Part shown: positions 20,378 to 33,161 of the stretch, piece by piece
Numbering within the stretch: the first letter of the stretch is position 1
How the letters are laid out: each line of letters begins with the position of its first letter
Assembly: GCA_965223905.1 (NCBI GenBank)
Contig: CBDCXV010000010.1
Location: forward strand, 1 to 64,000
Source: Candidatus Latescibacterota bacterium
GTDB taxonomy: Bacteria; Latescibacterota; UBA2968; UBA8231
DNA: 64,000 nucleotides
Direction: 5' to 3'
Made by a program: the position numbers and the translations under genes
The notes under the pieces: model-generated
What the model was told of the DNA's origin: nothing
Database searches by the model: none
The model's input: the letters and a program-made list of their open reading frames with translations, nothing else

Positions 20378-21259
20378 ATGCCCCGAAGAATCAACCGAGC
20401 CATAGAGCTTCTCGAGCAGGACCAGCCGGTCTATTACGTCGGCGGCCACACCGGGCACGTGCTCACCCGCGAGCAGGGCATCGCGGACGCCGGAACCTGG
20501 GCCGACTACATCAACGTCGGCATGGAGCACGGGGCCTTCGACATGACCGGCCTGGACGCCTACATGCAGGGACTGATCGAGGGCCCGACCAACAGCGGCC
20601 ACCGCACCCCTGCGGTCATCGTCGAGGCGCCCGTCGAGGCCTCGGGGGAGCAGATTGTCCGCTTCAACGCCTGGCAGTTCCGGCAGATACTGGCGCGCGG
20701 AGTGCACGGCATCCTCCTCTGCCAGGCGGAAACGCCGGATGCGGTCAGGGCGTTCGTCGAGTCCTGCCGCTACCCTGTCGCCCGGATCGGCGAAGGCCGA
20801 GGGCTCGGCACCGGCACCCGGGGGGTGGGCGCCGAGCCCTCGGCGGCCCACGTGTGGGGCGTCGACGCTGAAGAGTACGTCCGCGGCGCCGACCCGTGGC
20901 CGCTCAATCCCGAGGGGGAGCTCCTGCTCGGCCTCAAGGTCGAGTCCGCGCGGGGCGTGCACACCATCGAGCAGATGCTCTCGGTGCCGGGGATCGGATT
21001 CGCCGAGATGGGCCCCGGCGACCTGCACATGTCCTACCGCATACCGCGGCAGCCCGGGCCCTACACCGACCCGCGGATCATCGAGGCGCACGAAAGGGTC
21101 AAGGCAGCCTGCGACGCCAACGGGGTCCGCTTCCTCGAGGCGGCCACCCCCGAAACCGTCAGGAAGGCCATAGACGAAGGGGTCCGCGTCATCGCCGGCC
21201 ACGGGGAGGACACGGCCGAGGTGGGGAGGGGCTACACCAACCGCAGGATGCCGGTGTAA
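20378..21259 (+). CDS. HpcH/HpaI aldolase/citrate lyase family protein
   Basis: 'MEHGAFD', 'LKVESARGV', 'EMGPGDL'. Confidence 0.8.
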   Translation: MPRRINRAIELLEQDQPVYYVGGHTGHVLTREQGIADAGTWADYINVGMEHGAFDMTGLDAYMQGLIEGPTNSGHRTPAVIVEAPVEASGEQIVRFNAWQFRQILARGVHGILLCQAETPDAVRAFVESCRYPVARIGEGRGLGTGTRGVGAEPSAAHVWGVDAEEYVRGADPWPLNPEGELLLGLKVESARGVHTIEQMLSVPGIGFAEMGPGDLHMSYRIPRQPGPYTDPRIIEAHERVKAACDANGVRFLEAATPETVRKAIDEGVRVIAGHGEDTAEVGRGYTNRRMPV

Positions 21260-21615
21260 GGGATTATAGCCGCTGAACCTCTTCACGGACGCCCGCCAGT
21301 GACTGCCCGCTGAGCCGGATAAACCAAATCTTTCCACCGGGACCTTCGCACCCGTGTAACAGTCGGCGCCATTTCCATCGAAGGTCAAAGCCCCCAGGCG
21401 GGTGATCGAGAATAGCGCGTGGTCGTCGCCCCCGCTGATCGCGTAGCTGGTAATGTAGTCTCCGGTATCGGCATCGGTGGCGATTACCGTGCCGACTGCA
21501 GTTTCGTTTCTCCGACCTCAAAGCGGTCCTTACTGGTGAAATCCGGTGCGGCATTCGTATTGTCGGGCATCTCCAGAACCGTGACCTGCGCGGCCGGGTC
21601 TAGTACCAGCACCAC

Positions 21616-24600
21616 CTACGGCGCGGCCTGCACTCGGGCCGAGACGGCCGATACGGGCGGGGTCGGATTCGAGGCAGTGTGATGGCGGTCCCTGTAGCTG
21701 GCGGTGGCGCGCAGATATCTGGTCACATCGCCGCTCTGCGGCGTGTACTCGGAACTGTTCACACTGCTGGTCACCGGCCCGCTGGCAGCGATCCAGGAGT
21801 TAGGGTCGGTGGGGGGGGTGGCGGACCTCCACCACCGCCAGATGACGGCGTGGTCAGGGTTGTCCGGGTCGCGGTCAGGATCGTTCAGGGTCGCGGTCAG
21901 GCGGGTCTGGGCCTGTGGCTCGTCCGGGGACAGGCGGACCGTCCCGGCCTCGTCCACGTCGGTGACATGGATGGTCACTAAAATGGAGTCGTCGGTGTCA
22001 GCCTCGTTCCCGGCCCCCGCCTCGCCGTCCTCCGCCGACACCACAACCTCATAGTTGTTGTTGCCATCCGCGTCGGCCGGCTGCTCGTAGTTGAGGACGG
22101 TGGCCGTCTGTAACTCGCCCTGGGCGGTGATGGTGAAGGGAGTGTGATCGCTATGGCCGTTCAGGCCGGCCAGGCTGTAGGTCCGGTCGGCCTCAGGGTT
22201 CTCACCCGCCACTGTGACGACCTCCTCGCCCGCGGCCGTGTTCTCGGCCACGCTGCCTGACACCTCAGGGAGCTTCAGGATCGTGAAGGCGTCCCGGATG
22301 CCGTCCCCGATTCTGGTACTACCCAGGAATATGGCGTCAAGACGGTTCCCGTTCACGTCGAGCACCATTGACCCCAGAGTCCTGAACGAAACGGCCATGG
22401 CCGGGTGGTCCAGCCACCCTTCTGTTTTGATGACGCCCGCGGTCCCGGCTACGACGTACACGGCGCCGGCGTACGGCGCGCCAACCGTTGCGGGCTTCTG
22501 ATAGGCCCCGTCGCCTGTTGCGCTGCCGTCGCCGGGATTCTTCTTCATGGCGTCGGTGAAGGTGTCGGACAGCCCGTAATGGCCATCGATGAGATAGGAA
22601 CGCTCGTAGGAGTGACTATGCCCGGTGAGCACCAGATCGACGCCGTACCGCTCGAGAATTGGCACGGCGTTCTGCCGCAGGGCAATCTGTTGCCCGTCCG
22701 TGTCGGAGTTGGCCGATCCCCTGGAATAGGGGGGGCGGTGCCAGAACGCGATGATCCATTCCTTGTCGTTCGCCGCCAGATCCGCTTCCAGCCAGGTCAT
22801 CATCGCCCCGTCCGGCGAGAGATCGGTTTCGGAGTTCAGGCAAACGAAGTGCAGATTCCCGTAGTCGAAGGAGTAATAGGCTTCCGTCCCGGAGGCGACT
22901 CCGCCGGCTTCGCCGTTGCGAGGAAGGGAAAAGATGTCGTAATAGGGACCACTTCCGGTGGCGGAGTCGGATGTGCCGGCGCCATGGTTTCCGAGGGTCG
23001 GCCAGAGCACGGTCCTGGGCAGCACCTGCGGGTAGGTATTGAAAACCGCCCTCTGGTACTCATTATCGGTTCCGTCGTAATAGGCGTTGTCGCCCAGCAT
23101 GATCCAGAGGTCCGGGGCGCGCGACCCGGTGAATTCGCGAAAGGCATCCCGGACGGCTCTGGCATTGGCATCGGCGGTGCCGGAACATCCGATGACCCAG
23201 ATTCGCGTCGGCTTCGCCGTGCCGGGGACGGGAGCGGTGACGAAGAAATGATCGCGGTCCCCCCCGGCCAGCTGAAGGACCGATGAGCTGCCCACGGAAT
23301 AGAAGTACTTGACGTCGGCGGACAAGCCCGTGAGTTGCACTGCGTGCTCGGTTGTGGAGGTGGCGTTCGATGCCGACAGCTGCAAGCCGTCCGGGTCGTG
23401 GTCGAGGCCGTACCGCACGACGCTGTCGGTCGCTTCGTCCGTTCGCCACTTGATGATGACGCTCGACGACGTGCCGCTCTGCAGATAGGGACCTCGAAGT
23501 ATAGTTGGCGACGGCGCGGTGAGCGTCGTCCCGTTGACCGAATTGGACCACGCGCCTTTCCCTTCGTCGTTCTCCGCCTGTACCCGGATCTGATAGGTGC
23601 TGCCCGAACTCAAGCCCGTGATCGTGCGGGTCAGGGACGGGCCGGTGTCCGGCCAATCGGTAAACGCGCCGCTGATGCGGTATTGCACATGGTAGTTGGT
23701 GATGTCGGGCCCGGTGTTGGCCGGCTCTGTCCATGTCGCGGTGAGGCTGTTTTCCGTCTCGCCGCTCACCGTCGGCGGATCAGGCCTGCCCGGCGGTTCG
23801 TTCACGTCGGTGACGTTGATGGTCAACGTGACGCTGTCGCTGAAACCACCCGGGTTCGTGGCGGTGACGATGACCTCGTATGAACTCCGGGTCTCGTAGT
23901 CCAGCGCTACTTTGGCGCGCAACTCTCCGACGGTTGCATCCGCGATATTGAAGGATGGCGCATCGGGGCCGCTGAGCGTGTAGGTGAGCGTTTCGCCCTT
24001 CGGGTCGAGGGCCAACACTCTGGCGACGACATCCGAGGCGCTGCTGTTCTCTTCCACATGTTGAACCTGGGTGTCGGTCAGGAACGCGGGCGCCCGGCTG
24101 GCGGTGACCCGGAGTATCCGGTCCGCGCCAGCGCCGTTCGAGGTGGTCACGTACAGGGCACCGTCAGGACCGAGCATGGGAGTCCGCAGCCGGCCGTACG
24201 CACCGTCCAGGCCGGGCGCAACGACATGGCTCATGAACGCGCCGCTCGCGGAGAACTCGAAGACCCGCAGCGACCGCCCCTTCAGCGTCGCGATCGCCAG
24301 CCGCCCGTCCCACTCGCCCCAGTCTTCTCCCTCCAAGAAGATGCCGCCGCTGGTGGCCAACGTATGATTTCCCGACGACCATCTGGCCTCGACCGCACCG
24401 GGAAACTTCACCAGGTCGGTCATGGGCACGCCCTCGTTGTAGGACGGCACCGGATCCCAACCGTAGTTGCCGCCCGCGCTCAGCAGGTTGATCTCGTCGT
24501 CCACCGTAGGGCCGTGCTCTACCGACCACATCTGGTTCGTGCCCGGACGGCGCGCCAGCCCCTGTGGATTGCGATGGCCGTAGGTGTAGACTCGCGTCCC

Positions 24601-27600
24601 GAACGGGTTGCCCGGCGCCGCCGCGCCCGTCGAGGAGTTGACGCGGAGCACTTTCCCGCCGAGCGAGTTCCGATCCTGCGGGACTGTCCCGGACGAGGCG
24701 TCGCCGGTTGCGATCCACAGATACCCCTCCGGACCGAAACGCAAGCGGCAGCCGCTGTGCTGACTGGCGGCGGGGATGTTGTCAACGAGGGGGTCATCGG
24801 CGCGGGTGGCCGCGGTGTAGGTCGCGTCTATCGTCCAGGCAATCACCTGCACTTCCGGCCCGGTATGGGCCTGACAGGTGTAGAACCGTCGGTTGGAAGC
24901 GAACGCGGGGTCGACGACGATGGCCATCAATCCGGCCTCTCCCGAGACGAGCAGGTCGTCGAAGTCGGCGCTGACGGACTGGACCGTCCCGTCGGTCAGC
25001 CGACTGCTCAGCCTGTCTCCCCGCTCGGTGAACAGCAGCGTCCCGTCAGGCGCGAAGGCGATCCCCCACGGAACGCTCAGGCCGGAGACGAGCGGGACGA
25101 CGGTCAGCTCCGGGCCGGGCTCCCGCTCGCCGACCACATGATCCGACACCACCTCGGTGGTCTTCCCGGTGCCCTGGCCGTCGGTGTAGCCCGCCGTGGC
25201 TCTCAGGTATTGCCCCTGGACGCTGTCCGTGGGCGTGTAGTCGGCCTGGGTCGCTCCGTCGATTCTGGTCCAGGCGGTCTTGTCCGAGGACTCCTCCCAC
25301 TGCCAGGACACGGCGTGGAGATCCACACCGTCCGGGTCGCTCAGCGCTGCCCGGACCACCGTCCACGCCCGGAGCTGAGCCGGAAACAGCGACACGGACC
25401 CAGGCTCGTCGACGTTGGTGACCTCGATGGTCACCCTGACGGAGTCGTCGACCTCGTTGTCGTCGGGCAAGTCGTTGGTATCCTTGCCGTCGCTGACCGA
25501 GACGACGACTTCGTACTCGTTGACCACCTCGTAGTCGAGGGCGGCCTTGGTCAGCAACTGTCCCGTTGAACTGTTGATGTCGAACAGGTCCGCATCCATG
25601 CCCGACAGTGCGTACTGCAAGGGATCGACATCGGCGTCGTCGGCCTCGACCGGTGAGTCGAAGGGCTGGCCCGCCGCGGTGTGTTCGGCCACACGGCGGA
25701 CCAGCGACGCTGAAGGAAACTCCGGATTGCTGTTGGGCGCGGCGCCTACGGCGCTGGACGTCTCGCTCTGTGCGGTCTTGCCCGGACCGTGGGTGTTGGT
25801 GTAGGTGACCGTGGCCCGCAGATACTTGCCGGCATCGTCCGCGACGGGCGTATACGACGCCGACCGAGCCCCGTCGATGTCCTCCCAGCCGGTGACGCCG
25901 TCGTCTGATCGCTCCCATTTCCAGGTCGTGGCGGTGACGCCGTCGTCGGGGTCAGACAGGCTGGCCTGGAACGGGCTACCAACCCGGGGCTGGGTCGAGG
26001 AAAGGGTCACCGTCCCCTCGTGCTCCACGTCGGTGACTTCGATGGTCAAGGTGACCGTGTCGCTGGTGTTCTGATCGTCGGTGGCGGTGACGGTGACTTC
26101 GTATGTCTGCTTGGTCTCGAAGTCGAGTTGCGTTGTCGACGGGACTCGCAGCTCGCCGATGTTCTCGTCCAGGATGTAGAACGACTTCACGTCGGTACCG
26201 CCCAGCGTGTAGGTGAGTTCGTCGTGGTTGTAGTCGGTCGCTTCGACCGTGGCGACGACCATGTCGCCGCCGGTGTTCTCGGTCACCTGCCGGGTGTCGG
26301 CGTCGTTCGGGAACTCAGGCGCCTGCTGAGGGGTGACCCTCAGGATCTCATCCCTCCAACCCCTCGTAGAAGTGGAGAGATACAAGGCATTGTCGGGACC
26401 GATCATCGGAGTCCGCAGTCGGTGGTCACGGTCACCGAAGTGGTCGAGTTCCTCCGGAACGACGTGGCTCACGAAGGTCCCGTCTTCGGTGAACTCGAAG
26501 ATGCGTAATGATCGGCCCTTGAGCGTGGCCACGGCCAGCCGGCCCTCCCAGAGGCCCCATTGCTCGCCTTCGAGGAAGATGCCCCCGCTCGTGGCCAGGG
26601 TCGGGTTACCCGACGACCACCTGGCCTCGATCGCACCGGGAAACTTCACCAGGTCGGTCATGGGGGCGGTGTCGTCGTAGCCGGAGGTCGGGTCACCGTT
26701 CTCGTCGGTGGGCACTGGATCCCAACCGTAGTTGGCGCCGGGGACCAGCAGGTTGATCTCGTCGTCCACCGTCGGGCCATGCTCGACCGACCACATCTGC
26801 CTCGTACCGGGCCTCAGGGCCAGGCCCTGCGGGTTGCGGTGACCGTACGAATAGACCAACGATCCCGGGAACGGGTTGTCCGCGGGCGCGGCGCCCGTCA
26901 AGGGGTCCACCCTCAGTATCTTCCCGCCGAGCGAGTTCAGGTCCTGCGGGACGGTCCCGATAGCCTCGGTGTCGCCGGTGGAGATCCACAGATTGCCATC
27001 GGGGCCGAAGCGCAGGCGGCAGCCGTTGTGGTTGTCCACCCTCGGGATGTTCCCGACAAGGGGATCATTGGCTCGGGTGGCCGTGGTGTAGGTCGCGTCT
27101 ATCGTCCAGGCGACCACCTGTATCACGGAGCCGGTACGCTGCTGGCAGATGTAGATCCGCCGGTTGTCGACGAAGTCGGGATCGACTTCGAGCCCCATCA
27201 CGCCACCGTTTTCATCGGTATCCAGGTCGCTGAAGTCGGCAGACACGGTCTGGAGCGTGCCATCGGTGAGCCGGCTGCTGAGCCCTTCGGGAGGGTCGGG
27301 AAGTGGGTCTTGCTGCCGATGGCCATCCCGTTCGGTGAACAGCATCGTCCCGTCGGGAGTGAAGGCGATCCCCCAGGGAAATCTCAAGCCGGATACCAGC
27401 GCCTTGACCGACAGCTCGGGGCCGGGCTCCCGCTCGCCGACCACGGCGTTCGACTTCGTCCATGAAGTCTTGTTGGAACCTTCGCCGTCCCTGTAGCGTG
27501 TTGCCGTGGCCCGCAAGTACTTGCCCCGTCTCGCTTCCGTCGGCAGGTAATCGGCCTGGGTCGCCCCGTCGATGTTGGTCCAGGTGGTCTTGTCCGAGGA

Positions 27601-30600
27601 CTCGACCCACCGCCAGGACACGGCGCTGAGATCGCCATCAGGATCGGTGAGGGTGGCCCGGACCACCATCCGCACCCGGAGTTGCGCCGGAAACAGCGAC
27701 ACGGTGCCGGCCTCATCCACGTTCTTGACGGTCACAACTACGTCTTCCGTATCCGTATGGGTGCCGTCGCTGACCTGCACGGTGACTTCATAGGTGCGAT
27801 CAGCGTCGGCGTCGCCCGGGTTCTCGTAGTCGGGGGCCGCCGCGAAGGCCAGGACGCCGGCGGTGCTCAGCGTGAACCGGCCCGCGTCGGCGCCGCCCGC
27901 CTTTGACCACTCCAGGTCCGCCGCGGCGGTGTCCTGATCCTCCGCGGTCAAGGTCGCCACCGCTGTCTTCCCCTCATCGACGGTGAAGGTCGAGGCACTG
28001 ATCTCCGGCGGCGCGTCGGTCGGCGCGGTGAGCGTGGTGCCGTTGACCGAATTGGACCACGCGCCCTTGCCCTCCGCGTTCTCCGCCTGTACCTGGATCT
28101 GGTAGGTGCTGCCCGAACTCAAGCCGGTGATCGTGCGGGTCAGGGACGGGCTGGTGTCCGGCCAATCGGTGAATGCGCCGCTGGTGCGGTATTGCACAAA
28201 ATAGTTCGCGATGTCGGGCCCGGTGTTGGCCGGCTCGGTCCAGGTCACGGTGAGGCTGCTCTCGGTTTCGTCGCTCACCGTGGGCGGATCGGGCTTCCCC
28301 GGCGGTTCGTCGACGTCCTCCACGGTGACGGTGATCGTCTGCGTTCCCGTCATCTCCCGGGTCCCCGTACCGCCGGTCGCCGTGACCTCCACGATGTTTT
28401 CGTTGTCGCCCCCCGCATCCGCCGGCCGCTCGAAGTCCGGATCGTCCTTGAAGCGCAACTGGTTCGTGCCGGCGATCTCGAAGCGGCTCCCGTCGGCTCC
28501 GCCGGTGACCTCGTAGCCGGTGATGCCGTCGTTCCTGTCGGCGTCCTGGGCGGTTACCCGGCCGACGATTTGCTGATTCTCCTTGACCTTGAAGGCATCG
28601 TCACTGGTGAAGACGGGCGGTTCGTTCACGTCGGTGACGGTGACGGTGATCGTCTGCTGTGCGGTCAGGGCGCGGCCTCCCGTGCCGCCGGTGGCCGTGA
28701 CCGCGACGCTGTACTGGTTGTTCCTTCCGGAGTCCTTGGGATCCTCGAAGTCGGGGGCGTCCTTGAAGCGCAACTGGTTCGTGCCGGCGATCTCGAACAG
28801 GTCGCGGTCGGCGCCTCCGGTGATGGTGTAATTCGTGATATCGTCGGCACTATCCTCATCACGGGCGACCACTGCGCCGACCCTCGTGCCATTTTCTACC
28901 GTCTCGAAGGTTGCGTCGCTGGTGAACGCCGGCGGCTCGTTGACGTCGTTCAGGTTTATCAACACGAGGATGGTGCTGCTGCCGCCGTGCCCGTCGGTTG
29001 CTTTGATACTCACAACATAGCGGGGTTTCGTCTCGTAGTCGTAGGTCTGATCCGATTTGGTCCGAAGTTGCCCGCTGCGCGAGTTGATGGTGAAGGCATC
29101 CGCATCCGTGCCTTCGAGGCTATAGGTCAGCGTGGTGTTCTCCGGGTCGGTGGCACTTACCGGATCGCCGATGTTCTGCACGCCCGTGGTGTTCTCGTCG
29201 AAGGCGCGGGTGGCGCTCGACCCGTCGGCGAATATCGGTCGCCCATTGGCACTGGTGCTTCCCGTACCCGACGGCGACCAGTCGCTGGTGCCTTCGGCGT
29301 TGCGCGCTCGCACCTGCACCTCATAGCTCGTGCCCGGGCTCCGACCGGTGATGGTCGCGGTGCGTTCCGCGCTATTGTGTGTCCAGGGGGTAAAGCCGCC
29401 GCCGCCCCCTTCGCGGTATTGCACGTCGTAGTCGTCGATGTCGGGACCGGTGTTGGCCGGCTCGTCCCAGGTCACGGTCAGGCTGGTTGATGAGGCCGGT
29501 ATGACGCTGGGTGCTGCCGGGTCCCCGGGCGGTTCCTGTTCGTCTATCAGGTTGATGGTCACCTCGATGGTATTGCTGCCGCCCTGACCGTCCTCTACGC
29601 GCACGATCACGACGTAGCTGGGCTTCTCCTCGTAGTCGTAGGTCTCGCCCGATTGGGTCTGAAGCTGGTTGACATCGAGAGTGAAGGAGGCCCGGTCCGT
29701 GCCTTCCAGGCTATACGTCAGCGTCCCTCCGTCGCGGTCGGTGGCGGTTATCGGGTTGCCGATGTTGTGGGCGCCGGTCGTGTTCTCCGCCAACCTGCGC
29801 GTGGCGCTCGGACCTTCGTTGAACGTGGGGGCCTGGTTGGCGACGGTCCGTCCATTCCCCGATGGCGACCACTGGCTCGTGCCTTCGTCACTGATCGCCT
29901 GCACCTGAATCTCATACGAGGTGTCCGACTCCAGGTTCGCAATCGTCGTCGTCGTGCGTATGCCATCATGTGCCGCCGCAGTGAAGGCGCCGCTGCTGCC
30001 TTCGCGGTATTGCACATTGTAATCGGTGATGGGCGGCCCGGTATTGCTCGGCTCGGTCCACCGCAGGGTCAGACTCGTCAGCGTCGAGGCCGTCACCGAG
30101 GGCCGGTCGGGTCTTTGCGGCCGTTCGTTGTCGTCATCGGTTATGTCAATCGTCACCGCGATGGTGGCGCGGCCCCCCTGCTCGTCCTGCGCTTCCACCG
30201 TCACCGAATAGCGATTTCGCGCCTCGTAGTTGTACTCCACGCCGGTCTGTGTGCGCAGCTGGCCGTTGTTTGGATCGATGGTGAACGAGCTCGCGTCCCG
30301 TCCGGAGAGGCTGTAGGTCACCGCGCCGCCCTCGGGATCGGCCGCTCTTAGCGGGGTGCCGATGTCCCGATCGGGCGGGGTGTTCTCCGCCAGGCTGCGG
30401 GTGGCGCTGCCCCCCTCGTCGAAGACCGGCCGCTGGTTGGCGCTGGTCGTCCCGAAACCCGAGGACGACCATGCACCCGTGCCTTCGTCGTTGGAGGCCC
30501 GCACCTGCACCTCGTAGCGCGTGTTCAGGTCCAGGTCCGTGATGGTTGTGCTCGTGCCGGAGCCGCTGTGCGGCCAGGGGAGGAAAGAGCCGCTCTTGCG

Positions 30601-32245
30601 GTACTGCACGTCGTAGCCGTCAACGCCGGGACCGGTGTTGACCGGCTCGGTCCAGGTCACGGTCAGGCTGGTGGAGGAGGCCGGCTCGACCCGGGGCCGG
30701 GCCGGGGGCTGGGGGGGCTCGTCGACATCGGCCACATAGATGGTCACGTCAATGGAGGCGGCGCCGCCACGACGGTCGTCTGCCTCCACCGTCACGGAGT
30801 AGCGGTCTTTATCCTCGTAGTCGTAGGTGACGCCTGACCGGGTGCGAAGCTGACCGTTGCTTGTGTTCAGCGTGAAAGAATCGGCATCGTCTCCGCTCAA
30901 CCGGTAGGTCAGTCGGTCCCGGTCTTCATCGGTGGCGCTGATTGGGTGCTGGATGTCTTGTCCTCCTGCCGTGTTCTCCGCCACGCTGCGGGAGGTGCTC
31001 GGTCCGTCGTTGAAGGCCGGAGCCCGATTGGGACCCGGCGGAGGTGGAGGTGGTGGCGGCGGCCGTGGAGGGGTTACCGGGCCACCACCACCATTATCAC
31101 TGCTCGAGCCGGGCGGGGGCCTGGGCGGTCTGGGGGGCGGCTTGGGCTCGACGGTGACCCCGAAGCTCAGGGCCGCTTCCAGGCCTTCGGGGTCGCGGGC
31201 GGTCACTGCGATCCGGGTCTGCCCGATGCTCTTGGGGGCGATGCCCATCCCGGTCCCCTCGACGGCCGCGGTGGCCACCGCCTCGTTGCTCGAGGCGGCC
31301 GTGTAGGTCAGCACGTCTCCTTCGTCCGGGTCGGTGAAGGCGGTGGTCAGCTCGACCCGGTCCGGGCGGTCGATGCGGATCTTGCGGTCGGCCAGGGTGA
31401 GGGCCACCGGGGGGCGGTTGGCCGGGTACACGGTCACGGCCACCGGCAGAGTGGTCTGCCGGCCCCCCTCGTCGCGGGCAGTCACCGAGACCGTCACCCG
31501 GCCAGGGGTCACCGGGGCGATGGTGACCACCGAGTCGGCCAGGGTCGCCGCGGCGACCCCCTCGTCGCTGGAAGACACGGTCAGGGTCAGGGGGCCTCCC
31601 TCCGGGTCGCGGAAACGACCGGCCAGGTCCAGGGTGGCAGAGACGCCCTCTACTTTCAGGATCTGCGCCGGCAGGCCGGCGCCCAGGCTCAGGCCGTACG
31701 GCTCCTTCAGGCCGGAAGTGACCAGATCCTCGACCTGGCTGCCGTCGAGGTGGGCCCGCTGGATCTTGTCGGTGCCGTAGTCGGTCCAGTACATCTTGCC
31801 GCCTGAAAGGTCGAGGGCGATCGCCTGGGAGGTCTGCAGGCCCTCGGTGACCAGGTCCTCGATTTCGGAACCGTCCAGGTTGGCGCGCTGGATCTTGTCC
31901 GTGCCCCAGTCGGGCCAGTACATGCGGCCGTCTTCCAGGTCGAGGGCGATCCCCCGGGGCTGGTTGAGGCCGGTGACCAAGTCCTCGACTTGTGAGCCGT
32001 CGAGATTGGCCCGCTGAATCCGATCGCTGCCCCAGTCGGTCCAGTAGATCTTGCCCTCCCCCAGGTCGAGGGCGAGGCCGTAGGGCTCGTTCAGACCGGT
32101 GGCGACCAGGTCTTCGATTTCGGAGCCGTCGAGGTTGGATCGCTGGATGCGGTCGGTCCCCCAGTCGCTCCAGTAGATCTTGCCGCCGCCCAGATCGAGG
32201 GCGATCCCGAACGGCTCCTTCAACCCCTCGGTAACCAGGTCTTCC
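21616..32245 (-). CDS. Giant (about 3540 aa) surface protein: YWTD repeats, cadherin and FN3 repeats, two PQQ glucose/sorbosone dehydrogenase domains and a purple-acid-phosphatase-like domain; N-terminally truncated
   Basis: 'KIYWTDWG..IQRANLDGS' repeats; cadherin 'DYE' and 'DVDE' motifs; two 'YGHRNPQG..VEHGP..DDEIN' domains; 'GDNAY..GNH..GHSHSYER'. No signal peptide. Confidence 0.88.
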
Positions 32246-32715
32246 GCAGTTGTAATGTTGTAAGTTGCTGTTAATTCGTAACTTGAAAAATAACCCGAGA
32301 GCCGTTATGCCAGCAGTTATCACTCGCGGGGGATTTTTTGGGTCGCGCTGTCCAGACGGGAGTTTAAGGTTGGGTTGCTACGGTTCGTGCGGTTTCAAAA
32401 GAGCTTCTTTGACGGGGCCGCATCGTCGTCTCCCAGTTCCGATAGTATTGCCACTCAATTTTGCCGCCGAACCTCTTTAAATCCCCCCCCCAGGGTTTTG
32501 GGCCCTCAACCGACGTTTCGCGGCGGCCCAAGATCGATTTCGAGGGAGACTCGTTTTCAAATATTGGCGACGATTCGTGCCCTGGGTTCTGATCCTCAGC
32601 GCAGGCCAAAAAAGCAGCGCGACGAGCGAAAGGGAGACGATGACATCAGGAAATTAAAAAGGGGAACTGCCCACTTCAGGCAGTTCCCAAAAAAAGACCG
32701 ACCTACCCCGTGATC

Positions 32716-32931
32716 TCAGGAACCGGAAGGAACCTCGCTGTCATCTGGGGTGGTCAACCGCTTCTGAACCACGGGAAGGCCCACGTCGATACACTCCCGG
32801 ACCGTCTCGGCCAGCGACCAACCCGCCCGGTCGGCGACCTCCTCGACGGCTTCTTTCGTGGCTTCGGTCACGGCGGCACTCAACTGCCCGGGATAGTGGG
32901 ACCTGCGTCGGTATCTTCTGTTCTCAGCCAT
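32716..32931 (-). CDS. Ribbon-helix-helix (CopG-like) DNA-binding protein
   Basis: 'LSAAVTEATKEAVEEVADRAGWSLAETVRECI' fits a beta-helix-helix pattern. Confidence 0.6.
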   Translation of the reverse strand: MAENRRYRRRSHYPGQLSAAVTEATKEAVEEVADRAGWSLAETVRECIDVGLPVVQKRLTTPDDSEVPSGS

Positions 32932-33079
32932 TGTTCATTGGTTTTACATATTCATTTAGGAGATGGGATGCCGATGCTCTTTCTCCCCCTTGGCCTGGCG
33001 ATGGAGGCCACCCCAAAAAGCCAGGTTTGAAAGGGTTTGCGGATCATCCCCAATCACATCCCATCTCCCGGATTTTTCT

Positions 33080-33133
33080 GGAAAGAAAGAAGGGGTGGGA
33101 GGGAGACGACGAATGGTCTCCCTTCCCAACCCC
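33080..33133 (-). terminator. Probable intrinsic terminator after the FN3 gene
   Basis: GC-rich stem (33092-33107 pairing with 33116-33133) followed by a T-rich run on the minus strand. Confidence 0.5.
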
Positions 33134-33161
33134 CCTCTGTATCCGTACCCACATTTCTACT

